From assembly GCA_903873415.1 (NCBI GenBank), contig CAIQOK010000158.1:52460-116459 (forward strand): a stretch of DNA of 64,000 bases, given 5' to 3'. This document shows, in pieces, positions 40,438-49,298 of this stretch. This stretch comes from an uncultured Verrucomicrobiota bacterium (GTDB taxonomy: Bacteria; Verrucomicrobiota; Verrucomicrobiia; Limisphaerales; CAIQOK01). The notes under the pieces were generated by a model. That model searched no databases and had not been told where the DNA came from. It worked only from the letters and a program-made list of their open reading frames with translations. The translations under genes were made by a program, and so were the position numbers. The stretch's first letter is position 1; every line of letters starts with the position of its first letter.

Positions 40438-40638
40438 TATGGAGGGGGTAAGGCTCAGGTCAAAGGTCAGAAGACCTTCGGTGTTCAGGCCTATTCTTTT
40501 GGTTTTTTCAAATCAACAAAGGACTTGGGGTTTCTGGCCGGCCCGAGTGGATTTCGAACACGGTTTACTCCTGCAAGGCTTAACATCCGCCGCCCTTTGA
40601 AAAGCCTCAAATCGACCTCCCGCCTGGCGCTGCGCTCT

Positions 40639-41820
40639 TCACGCAGGCTGGGCTTCGGCGGCGTCGACCAATCCGGGCTTTTTGGATCGCAGTTTAACCC
40701 GGCTCCGCACCGACTGGAATCCTTTGAGAAAAGTCCGGGCCGCGCTGCGCAATCCGCCCAGCAGAGTGCGGATCCCATTCAGGCAGACCGGGCGGAACCT
40801 TGGAGCAAAGACATAAAACACCTGGGTTTCCTGAAAGCACTGGTCCCCAAACTGGCGCTTGTAGAGGTAGTCACCGGCTCCAAAGTCGAGCGTCTGCACG
40901 CCGTTGCCGCAGAAGTTCTCGATCGCCTTGTTGATGAGATAAATACCGGGAGAATGGCGCTGCAGCGCGCGATCAAACCCGAGCGCTTCGCTATAGAAAA
41001 TCCCTCCGTGGACCGCGCCCCACCAATAAGCCACCGGCCGGCTCTGGGCGTAGAGAACATACATGCGCAGCCATCCTTTCTCCGCTTCCAAGGCCACCCG
41101 CTTGCGGTTCGCCGGATTATCGACAAATCCACCCCCAAACCGGCGCTGATAAGTGTCTTGTGACACCTCCTCCACATCGCTGATCATCGTGTCGAGCTCC
41201 GCAGAATCCCTGAAACATTTAATCATAAGGCCCTGGGGGAATTGTTTCTCGAAGTTGCGTGCTTTCCTGCGAAAATGAGCGCGATAGTGCGAGGTCAATC
41301 TCGCATGAACCAACTCCAGATTGTCCGGAACGGCCATCTTCCAATGCGGCTGGGGTTCCATGGTATGGTCGCGGCAGAACCAAGAGACCTTGGTGTCGAG
41401 ATGCTTATAAAACGGCGATTCCACAGGGGTATGGCCTATCACCAAGGCATCGGCCTTGCCTTGCCGCAAAAGCTGCTGCAGAGCCTCGACAACGGCAGAG
41501 ACCACCCCGGCCGATTGGTCCCCGAGAAATCCGCCGCGCAGGACGCTGACAGTTCGGAGCGGAACACGAAAGAGCGACTTGTGGCTGATCTTGAAATCCA
41601 GCTCGCTTTCCGTGAAGCAACCCACGGCCATTGCCATGGGCTCATTCCCTTCCAGAGCAAGTATCACATGGGGTGAGGAGCGGGATCCGTGCGCTTCGAC
41701 CCTCGTCAGCAGGAAATCAATATCGGCGTAAATATGTCCCGGCCATTGTTGCCAGAGATGGCGAAACCCTTCGATCTCGGCGCGAGACTGAAGGATGCGG
41801 GTTTGAATTTTCCTGTTCAT
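40639..41820 (-). CDS. FemAB/CelD-like GNAT acyltransferase (Acetyltransf_6 type)
   Basis: MNRKIQTRILQSRAEIEGFRHLWQQW... and the C-terminal core YVLYAQSRPVAYWWGAVHGGIFYSEALGFD, GIYLINKAIE, LDFGAGDYLYKRQF. Confidence 0.75.
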   Translation of the reverse strand: MNRKIQTRILQSRAEIEGFRHLWQQWPGHIYADIDFLLTRVEAHGSRSSPHVILALEGNEPMAMAVGCFTESELDFKISHKSLFRVPLRTVSVLRGGFLGDQSAGVVSAVVEALQQLLRQGKADALVIGHTPVESPFYKHLDTKVSWFCRDHTMEPQPHWKMAVPDNLELVHARLTSHYRAHFRRKARNFEKQFPQGLMIKCFRDSAELDTMISDVEEVSQDTYQRRFGGGFVDNPANRKRVALEAEKGWLRMYVLYAQSRPVAYWWGAVHGGIFYSEALGFDRALQRHSPGIYLINKAIENFCGNGVQTLDFGAGDYLYKRQFGDQCFQETQVFYVFAPRFRPVCLNGIRTLLGGLRSAARTFLKGFQSVRSRVKLRSKKPGLVDAAEAQPA

Positions 41821-41897
41821 CACTGGGAGTGTCTTTCAGCCTGAAAACGGGGCTGCGGGAAAGCGGGTTGTCCGTGAACCGGGCAAAGGGCACCCGG

Positions 41898-43037
41898 TCA
41901 ATTAAACTGGCAGACGGCCTTCGCTACGCGGCTCAAGTCATTCTCGCTCAGGTCATTGTAAAATGGCAACCGCACCAGGCGGTCGCTCGCGTCTTCGGTC
42001 ACCGGGCAATCCCCCGCCCGCCCCCCGAATTTGCGGCCCATCTGCGAGAGATGGAGCGGGAGATAATGGAACACGCTGAGGATGTTCTGCGCCTTCATGT
42101 GGGCGATGAGGGCCTGCCGTTTTTCAAGCGACGGGAGCAGCATGTAAAACATGTGATAGGACTGGTCGCAGTGCTCCGGGACCACGGGGAAACGGACGCC
42201 CTGTTCGCCCGCCCAAGCCTGAAGATGGCGGGCGTAGTATTCCCAGACAAAGCGGCGCTTGGTTTGGATGCGCTCACGCACCTCAAGCTGGGCCAGCAAA
42301 TAGGCCGCCAGCATATCCGACGGCAGAAAACTCGAGCCCACATCCACCCAGCTATACTTGTCCACCTGCCCGCGGAAGAAGCGGTTCCGATTCGTCCCCT
42401 TTTCGTGAATGATCTCGGCCCGCTCAATGTGCCGCGGGTCGTTGAGAAGCAGCGCCCCGCCCTCGCCGCAGTTGAAGTTTTTTGTTTCGTGAAAGCTTTG
42501 CGTCGCCAGGCAGCCGAAGGTGCCAAGATATTTGCCCCGGTATTTGCCAAACAGCCCGTGCGCATTATCCTCCACCACCGCCACCCCGTGCGCACGGGCA
42601 ATTTCACCGATCGCATCCATCTCACACCCCACCCCGGCATAATGCACCGGCACCACCGCCTTGGTCCGGGGGGTGATCAGTGCCGCAAGCTTTCCCTCAT
42701 CCAGATTGAGAGTGTCGGGGCGGACGTCGCAAAAGACCGGCCGCGCGCCGTGCAGGACAAAGGCGTTGGCCGTGGAGACAAAGGTGAACGAAGGCAGGAT
42801 GACTTCATCCCCGGCCTTGATGTCCAATAAGAGCGCAGCCATCTCCAGGGCGTGGGTGCAGGAGGTGGTGAGCATGGCTTTGGGGACCGAGAGGGCCTGC
42901 TCGAGAAACGCGGTGCATTTCTTGGTGAACGGCCCGTTGCCGCAGGTGTGCGCGTTGGCGATGGCCTGGCGCATATACTCAAACTCGGCACCCACCGCAT
43001 AGGGCTGGTTGAAATGAATTTTCGGCAATGGCTCCAT
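41898..43037 (-). CDS. wecE: dTDP-4-amino-4,6-dideoxygalactose transaminase-like aminotransferase (DegT/WecE family)
   Basis: ATG at 43037. Blockwise match to my memory of E. coli WecE: TTSCTHALEMAALLLDIKAGDEVILPSFTFVSTANAFVLHGA, VPVHYAGVGCEMD, SFHETKN, REKGTNR..FFRGQVDKYSW.DVGSS. Confidence 0.88.
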   Translation of the reverse strand: MEPLPKIHFNQPYAVGAEFEYMRQAIANAHTCGNGPFTKKCTAFLEQALSVPKAMLTTSCTHALEMAALLLDIKAGDEVILPSFTFVSTANAFVLHGARPVFCDVRPDTLNLDEGKLAALITPRTKAVVPVHYAGVGCEMDAIGEIARAHGVAVVEDNAHGLFGKYRGKYLGTFGCLATQSFHETKNFNCGEGGALLLNDPRHIERAEIIHEKGTNRNRFFRGQVDKYSWVDVGSSFLPSDMLAAYLLAQLEVRERIQTKRRFVWEYYARHLQAWAGEQGVRFPVVPEHCDQSYHMFYMLLPSLEKRQALIAHMKAQNILSVFHYLPLHLSQMGRKFGGRAGDCPVTEDASDRLVRLPFYNDLSENDLSRVAKAVCQFN

Positions 43038-43081
43038 GTTGGATTGTTCCCGGCTATCGCCCGCGGATACGGGCGGTGATT

Positions 43082-44338
43082 TCAGGGGGCACCGGCCGGA
43101 CTGGGCTGCGGCAGACCGGCTGCGGCTGCGGGCCGGGTGCAAAAAACAGTTTCAGGGGGCCGACGCTCCGCCAAAATCCGGCGGTACTCGGCCAGCATTT
43201 TAACCCCGGCGGCGCTCCAGCTTAGATCGCCGGCCGTCTTGAGTGACGAAGTTCGCAGCCGCTCTAGCAGCCCCCGGTCCCGGTCCAGCGCCGTCAGGTG
43301 TCCTGCAAGGGCTGGCACATCCCCCACGCTGTGGACGAGGGCGTTTTCGCCGTTCTGGCAGACCGCTCCGGAAGCATCGGAAACCAGCAGCACGCAACCG
43401 CTGACCCGCGCGTCGTAGGTCACCAGCGCGCTGCCCTCCTCGATGCTCGGTAAAATCAGGATGTCGCTGCTCCGCATGACATCGGGCAAATCTTTGCGAA
43501 AGCCCAGCCGTTTCACACTGGGATGCGCCAGCAGGGGCGCGAGCTTTTCGGCATAGCCCGGAATGAACTCCCCAACCACCAGAAAGGTGCCCTTCTCATG
43601 GGCGGAAGATTTCAGCCAGGCTTCAAGCGCATAATGCAGCCCCTTTCTGGGGGCGCAGCCGGCCGCAAACAAAACGGTCAAACCCTGCTTCGCATCGCGC
43701 GGTGACCCCGGGGGCTGACACCTGCTGTCACACCCATATTGAAACCGGGCCAGGCGCCCGGCGGAAAAACCCCGCTTCAGAAAAGTGCCCGCGACAAACT
43801 CCGACGGGCAAAAAAGATGGTCCGCCGCCCCATACTCCGCCTCCTCGTGTTTCAGAACCCGCGCGTTGAAATCGTGTTCGTGCCCCCGGGGCATCTGCAA
43901 TCCAAGCCGCGCGCATTCATCCCGCACAATCCGATAGGCGTATTCAGTGTGGGCGTTGCAGCGCTCCAGAACGGTGGGAATCCCAAGTCTCTTGGCCATG
44001 CGCAAGGTGCGCAAGGCGCCCAGCGGGAAGGTGTGGATCAAGTCAATTTTCCCCGCCAGTGCGGGCAGGCGTCGGGCCACAATCCAATCGTGCAGTCCGC
44101 AGGCCCCCAGCCGGCCCAAGAGCTTGTAGGGGATGCGCAGTTTTCCGCGCGAAAGCGTGGGGCGCACCCGGACCCCGGCGGGAAGCGGCCGGTGCAGCAC
44201 GCCGGGAAAAACCAGCACCTCAGCCCCGGCCTGAGCCAACCCCTGCACATGCTGCCAGGCGGCATAGCAAATCCGTTCGGCACCCAACTTGTGGGGAAAG
44301 CTGTAAAGGACCCGGACGGGGGTTTTTGCGGGCGTCAT
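43082..44338 (-). CDS. Glycosyltransferase family 4 (GT-B)
   Basis: VRVLYSFPHKLG at the N-terminus. The C-terminal EEGSALVTYDARVSGCVLLVSD is an E(x7)E-like GT4 motif. Confidence 0.85.
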   Translation of the reverse strand: MTPAKTPVRVLYSFPHKLGAERICYAAWQHVQGLAQAGAEVLVFPGVLHRPLPAGVRVRPTLSRGKLRIPYKLLGRLGACGLHDWIVARRLPALAGKIDLIHTFPLGALRTLRMAKRLGIPTVLERCNAHTEYAYRIVRDECARLGLQMPRGHEHDFNARVLKHEEAEYGAADHLFCPSEFVAGTFLKRGFSAGRLARFQYGCDSRCQPPGSPRDAKQGLTVLFAAGCAPRKGLHYALEAWLKSSAHEKGTFLVVGEFIPGYAEKLAPLLAHPSVKRLGFRKDLPDVMRSSDILILPSIEEGSALVTYDARVSGCVLLVSDASGAVCQNGENALVHSVGDVPALAGHLTALDRDRGLLERLRTSSLKTAGDLSWSAAGVKMLAEYRRILAERRPPETVFCTRPAAAAGLPQPSPAGAP

Positions 44339-44356
44339 ATTTTTTTCAGGTTGAAC

Positions 44357-46276
44357 TCAGTTTTCCACTGGACTGATCAGGGTCGCGGCGGAGGCGTCCA
44401 AAAAGGTGCGCTGCCACAGCTCAAGCACCAGCAGGCTGAACACCTCCGCGCAAAACCTCCCGTGCAGGGCGTTCTCGCGCAGCAGGCCCGCCACGGCCTC
44501 CTTGCGAAACCAGCCGCGCGCCTCGGCCCGCTTTGACAGCAGCACCCCTTCCACCCGGGATCTTAACTCGCCGCGCAGCCAGGCTTGGTAAGGCACCGGA
44601 AACCCGGCCTTCTTGCGGGCCAGAACGTCGGCCGGAAGAGTCCGGCTGAACGCGGCCTTGAGCACCCGCTTGGTGGACTTGCCTTGAACCTTGAACCGCG
44701 GCGGCAGGGATGCGGCAAACTCCAGAACCCGGTGATCCAGCAGAGGCACCCGCAGTTCAATCGAGTTGGCCATCGTGATCTTGTCCGCCTTGATCAACAG
44801 ATCGTCGGGCAACCACGTTTTCGTGTCGATGTAAAGCATCTGATGCAGCAGCGGCTCGCCGGCAACAGGCCCAAGCAAACGGGCGATGAAATCCGCCGGA
44901 GAGACGCCCTCGGACTGGCGCAAAAAGCCGGGGGCCAGAAGACCCTCGGCACACCGGTTGAACAGGGCGGTGGGGCCGGAGGTGCGGCTGAAATAATGTT
45001 CCCCCAAGGGGCGGCCCAAGGCGTGGCAGTAGCGGAGGACTCGCGCGTCGCCCAGCCACCCGCCGGCCAGACCGGCCAGCAGCCCCGCAGAGCGCGCAAA
45101 AGGACCGGCAGCCGCACCGACCCGCTCCAGACGCAACTGGTTGGGATAATTCGGATACCCCGCGAACGCCTCATCGCCACCCTCACCGGACAGGACGACC
45201 TTGACGTGGCGCCGCGCGAGTTTGGAGACATAATGCAGCGCCACGGCCGGAGGCTCACACACCGGCTCCTCCATGTGCCAGACATACTCAGGCAGGAAAT
45301 CCCAGAAATCCTCCGCAGTGATGCTGATCTCAAAATGCTCCGCGCCGAACCGCTCGGCAGCCTGCCGGGCATAGGGCCGCTCATCCACCACCTGCCCGCC
45401 ATCGAATCCGACGGTGAAGGCCTTGAGCTTGCGGCCGCCCCCCTGCACCGCGTAACTCAGAATCGCCGACGAATCCACCCCGCCGCTCAGCAGCACGCCC
45501 ACGGGCACATCGGCGACCATGTGGTCTTTCACAGTGCCGGCAAGCAGCGCCTGCAGCTCCTCAACCGCTGTTTCAAATGGGATCTCCCATCGTTCCCTGC
45601 TAAAAGCCAAATCCCAGTAGGGACGGGTCGTGAGACTCCCGTTTTCACACAGGAGATAATGACCGGGCTGCAGGCGTTGCAGGTTCCTCAGAAAAGTGTC
45701 CTCGCCCGGGGCGTAGTTGAAGGAGAGAAAATTGCGGATTGTGGCCGGGTTGACTTCGCGGCGGAAACCGGGGTCAGCCAATATGCCCTTTAATTCGGAG
45801 GCGAAAAGCAGCGAATCCTTGGAGCGGGCATAATAAAAAGGCTTGATTCCAAGCCTGTCCCGGGCGGCAAAGAGCCGATTGCGCCTTCCGTCCCAAAGGG
45901 CAAACGCAAACATGCCCCGCAACCGCCCCACGCAGTCCACCCCAAACTCCTCGTAGGCGTGAAGAATGACTTCCGTGTCCGAGTTGGAACGGAACACATG
46001 CCCTTTGCCCTCCAGCTCCTGGCGCAGTTCAGCAAAGTTATAAATCTCTCCGTTGAAAACAATCCACAGGGTCCCATCCTCATTGGCCATCGGCTGGTCA
46101 CCCGTGCTCAGATCAATGATGGAAAGACGGACATGGCCCAGACCGGCATGGCGGTCGAGATAAATGCCCTGCCCGTCCGGGCCGCGATGAATCAGGGGCT
46201 GGAGCATGGCCTGGATTTCGGCGCGCGCCACCCTGACCCCGGAATCAAATCCCACCTTGCCTGCTATGCCACACAT
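44357..46276 (-). CDS. asnB: Asparagine synthase (glutamine-hydrolysing) family amidotransferase
   Basis: N-terminal MCGIAG nucleophile. LLSGGVDSS PP-loop. Confidence 0.9.
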   Translation of the reverse strand: MCGIAGKVGFDSGVRVARAEIQAMLQPLIHRGPDGQGIYLDRHAGLGHVRLSIIDLSTGDQPMANEDGTLWIVFNGEIYNFAELRQELEGKGHVFRSNSDTEVILHAYEEFGVDCVGRLRGMFAFALWDGRRNRLFAARDRLGIKPFYYARSKDSLLFASELKGILADPGFRREVNPATIRNFLSFNYAPGEDTFLRNLQRLQPGHYLLCENGSLTTRPYWDLAFSRERWEIPFETAVEELQALLAGTVKDHMVADVPVGVLLSGGVDSSAILSYAVQGGGRKLKAFTVGFDGGQVVDERPYARQAAERFGAEHFEISITAEDFWDFLPEYVWHMEEPVCEPPAVALHYVSKLARRHVKVVLSGEGGDEAFAGYPNYPNQLRLERVGAAAGPFARSAGLLAGLAGGWLGDARVLRYCHALGRPLGEHYFSRTSGPTALFNRCAEGLLAPGFLRQSEGVSPADFIARLLGPVAGEPLLHQMLYIDTKTWLPDDLLIKADKITMANSIELRVPLLDHRVLEFAASLPPRFKVQGKSTKRVLKAAFSRTLPADVLARKKAGFPVPYQAWLRGELRSRVEGVLLSKRAEARGWFRKEAVAGLLRENALHGRFCAEVFSLLVLELWQRTFLDASAATLISPVEN

Positions 46277-47364
46277 GAGGAGTTATCCGATGCCGTGGAT
46301 CCCACGCCCGCTGTTTTGGGGGAAGAGAGCGCCGAACCGTTTTTTGACGCCGCCCAAGATTCCAGTCCCAGACTCCACCGGAGAATGGCGGCCCATTTCC
46401 GAACCGCCCCGCTCCGCGCCTTGCGCCCGGCCATCCTTTGAATCCCTCCTTTACCCAAGAGCAGCGGCAGCCGGAGCAGCGCCGACCCGGCCATGATGCA
46501 ACGGTAGCCCAAAGCCGCAACAGGACCGCGATGCAAAAGGAACAGGCGGCAGACAGACTCGCGCATCATCACAACAGAAAACATGCTGCGGGCGGAACTG
46601 GAGGATCCCCCGCCGTGATGCACGATCCGGGCTTCCGGCACAAAGAGACAAACCTGGCCGGCCGCCCGAACCCGCCGGCACAAATCCAGATCCTCAGAAT
46701 ACATGAAAAAACGGGTGTCGAACCCCGCCAGTTTTTCAAACAAACCCCGGCGGATCAGGATGCAGGCCCCGGAGACCACCTCCACCGCAGCAGGCGCGGG
46801 ATCTTTTTCGAACAGCGGTGCCATCCCCCACAAAGGGGACCTTGGAAACAGCCCGCGCAGCCATTCGGAATCCAAAAACTGATTGAGCAGAGTCGGAAAC
46901 GACTGGATGCAACTGGTCTGAACCGAGCCATCGAAATTGTGCAGCAGCGCCCCCGCCAGACCGGCTTCCGGGTGCCGGTCAAGAACTTGCACCAACCGCT
47001 CCAGGGCGTTGCCAACCACTTCGGTGTCCGGGTTGAGGAACAAAAGAAAACGCCCGGCGGCAAAAGACGCACCCAGATTGTTCGCCTTGGCAAAGCCGAT
47101 ATTCTCCGGCGCTTGGACAAACCGGACTGCGGGAAATTCCCGGCTTAACATCCCCCCGCACTGATCAAACGATCCGGAATCGACAACAATCACCTCAATG
47201 CGATGAGCGCAGGAGCCCGGGTTGATTGATGCGAGACAATTCCGGACAAAATCAGCCGAGTTCCAGTTGACGATGATCAAGGATAAATCAATGCCCCGCG
47301 GGCTGCGGAAATCCTCCACCTCTGGGGCGTCGGGTTTGGGCCCGGTTTGCGCACGCTCTGCCAT
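46264..47364 (-). CDS. Glycosyltransferase family 2
   Basis: LSLIIVNWNSADFVRNCLASI, VVDSGSFD, and FMYSEDLDLCRR (ED motif). Its 3' end overlaps the asnB start by 13 nt. Confidence 0.85.
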   Translation of the reverse strand: MAERAQTGPKPDAPEVEDFRSPRGIDLSLIIVNWNSADFVRNCLASINPGSCAHRIEVIVVDSGSFDQCGGMLSREFPAVRFVQAPENIGFAKANNLGASFAAGRFLLFLNPDTEVVGNALERLVQVLDRHPEAGLAGALLHNFDGSVQTSCIQSFPTLLNQFLDSEWLRGLFPRSPLWGMAPLFEKDPAPAAVEVVSGACILIRRGLFEKLAGFDTRFFMYSEDLDLCRRVRAAGQVCLFVPEARIVHHGGGSSSSARSMFSVVMMRESVCRLFLLHRGPVAALGYRCIMAGSALLRLPLLLGKGGIQRMAGRKARSGAVRKWAAILRWSLGLESWAASKNGSALSSPKTAGVGSTASDNSSCVA

Positions 47365-47365
47365 G

Positions 47366-48280
47366 TCAGTCCCAAATGCTCGGGCGCAAGGTCAACTTGC
47401 GGAATTGCTGGCTGCGGACATAGCGCCGGTAACCCGGAGCATCCACGCGCGGGGTGCGCCGCACATAGCCCCGGACAAATCCATAAGCCAGGCCCAGAGC
47501 GCCGAGCAAATAGGGGCGGGCAAAAACCCGCTTGAGGCATTTAACCAGCATGAAAAGCGGATGGTAGGCGGTGATATAATTGGCCACACCGTTCTTGACC
47601 CAGTTGTTCCACGCGCCGTCGGCGGAACCGGTGTCCTTGTGCTGAAGCAATTTCAAATCATCGAACGTGCCGGTCTGCCATCCCTGCATGTTCGCCTTTA
47701 ATTCGTCCACGGTGTCCCAACCGGGTGCCGGCAACACCCCGCCAATCTGGTCCCAGCAGGCGCGCCGATAAATCTTGGTGGCACCCCGCACGTGGAAACG
47801 GGGATCGCCCCGGCTGTCCGCGACCCATTGACCGCCGGCGCTACGGCACACCAAACCACCGCCAATCCCCAGTTTCGGGTTCTCACTAAACCGCCCCAGG
47901 CAATCCCGGAAATAATCCTGATCAAACGAAAGGTCCCCATCGAGCTTGACCATGAATTCCCATGGAATCTGGCGGCAAAGTTCGAACCCTTCGTAAAAAG
48001 CCTCAATCACCCCGCCGCCCTGCTGACGAAAACCACGGTCGGTGCGATGCACAACCCGGATCCATGGCTGCTCCCGACTGGCCTGATCGGCCAGACTGCC
48101 CGTCGCGTCGCTGGACCCGTCGTCCACAATCACCCACAACGCTGGCCGAAGTGTCTGAGCCAGAACAGAATCAATGGTTCGGCGGAAATGCTCCGCCTCG
48201 TTGCGCACCGGAGTGACGAGGGCATACACGCCGGTTTGGGACACGCAGTTGATGGATGAAGGAGGGTTGGACACGATCAA
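47366..48280 (-). CDS. Glycosyltransferase family 2 (GT-A)
   Basis: YALVTPVRNEAEHFRRTIDSVLAQT and WVIVDDGSSDATG. TTG or GTG start at 48280 or 48274. Confidence 0.85.
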   Translation of the reverse strand: MIVSNPPSSINCVSQTGVYALVTPVRNEAEHFRRTIDSVLAQTLRPALWVIVDDGSSDATGSLADQASREQPWIRVVHRTDRGFRQQGGGVIEAFYEGFELCRQIPWEFMVKLDGDLSFDQDYFRDCLGRFSENPKLGIGGGLVCRSAGGQWVADSRGDPRFHVRGATKIYRRACWDQIGGVLPAPGWDTVDELKANMQGWQTGTFDDLKLLQHKDTGSADGAWNNWVKNGVANYITAYHPLFMLVKCLKRVFARPYLLGALGLAYGFVRGYVRRTPRVDAPGYRRYVRSQQFRKLTLRPSIWD

Positions 48281-48289
48281 ACGGATCTT

Positions 48290-49288
48290 TCAGGCCGGAT
48301 CAATCAAAGGAAGCGGCCGCGCCGACCGTTCCTTTCTTCTCCGGAACGAGGCGTTGTTTTTTATTTTTTTCGTCAGGCCTTGCAAACCGCCCAGCCAATC
48401 ATAGCCCCCCTCCAGTTTCGCCAGCAGCAGCGCGGCATCGTCCGCCGAATTGACCGGCAGCCTTTTGAGCCGCAGCAAATCTGCACCCGCCCCGACCCGG
48501 CCGATCTGCGTGGTGACACAACTCGCGTAACCCGTTTCATCAAGCAGCCGGCTCAGCCGCCCGGCAAAACCGGCGTTGCCGGCGGGAAAAGCGTATGGAT
48601 AGGAAAACGCCCTGCAGGGAACCCCCAACCTGGATTCCGTTACGCCTTTGGACGTTTCAAGCTCACTCCGAATCTCCGGCCACGACAGATCAACCAGTTT
48701 AGGATGAGTGGCAGTATGGGAACCGAACTCGACGCCCGCGGCGTGAAGTTCCCGCACCTCGGGCCAGACAAGACAATCGCGACCCGCAAAACAGCGGCGC
48801 TCTGATCCTGATGCCGTCTCGCCGATCAAGGCCGTGGGGAGATACATGGTGGCAGAGAACCCAAATTCGTGCAGGAGGGGAAAAGCCGAAGTGTGAAAAT
48901 CCCGGAAACCATCGTCAAATGTGATCACCACCGGCCGGAGATAATTGGTTCCCGCCCCTTTTGGCGGGTGGTTCACGGCCACGGACTGCTGTCCGCCCCT
49001 TGGTTTGGCCACGGACCGCATGGCATCCCCGGAATGAGAGCGGCTCTGCAACCAGGCTAGTCCCTCGCTTAAACCGACACCGCAAAAACCATTGTCCTTG
49101 AGCACTTGGAGATGTTCCCTGAAACGTTGCAGCCGGGTGCAAACCCGGTAGTAAGGAGGCACTACCGGTTCCGCATCCTCCGAGATACTGTGATACATCA
49201 GGATGGGCAGCGCCGAACCCCGGTCCGGAGCACAAATCGCTCGCAGCGGGCGGAAAAGTCCCAGAGTCAATAGTCGGTCCAATCGCAT
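48290..49288 (-). CDS. Polysaccharide deacetylase (CE4)
   Basis: ATG at 49288 (MRLDRLLTLG). ILMYHSI, VVITFDDGFRD and GSHTATHP are CE4 metal and catalytic motifs. The 449-aa track ORF is an over-extension. Confidence 0.85.
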   Translation of the reverse strand: MRLDRLLTLGLFRPLRAICAPDRGSALPILMYHSISEDAEPVVPPYYRVCTRLQRFREHLQVLKDNGFCGVGLSEGLAWLQSRSHSGDAMRSVAKPRGGQQSVAVNHPPKGAGTNYLRPVVITFDDGFRDFHTSAFPLLHEFGFSATMYLPTALIGETASGSERRCFAGRDCLVWPEVRELHAAGVEFGSHTATHPKLVDLSWPEIRSELETSKGVTESRLGVPCRAFSYPYAFPAGNAGFAGRLSRLLDETGYASCVTTQIGRVGAGADLLRLKRLPVNSADDAALLLAKLEGGYDWLGGLQGLTKKIKNNASFRRRKERSARPLPLIDPA

Positions 49289-49298
49289 CGTTGAGAGT

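Noticed and set aside
41631-42830. 399-aa plus-strand ORF opposite the CelD-like and wecE genes
   Set aside because: Shadow ORF in a high-GC region. The opposite strand has near block-for-block WecE similarity. The same reasoning applies to 39559-40344 and 40525-41163.
44585-45793. 402-aa plus-strand ORF opposite asnB
   Set aside because: The asnB frame carries the MCGIAG and SGGVDSS motifs, and the antisense translation is featureless and Arg/Gly/Pro-rich.
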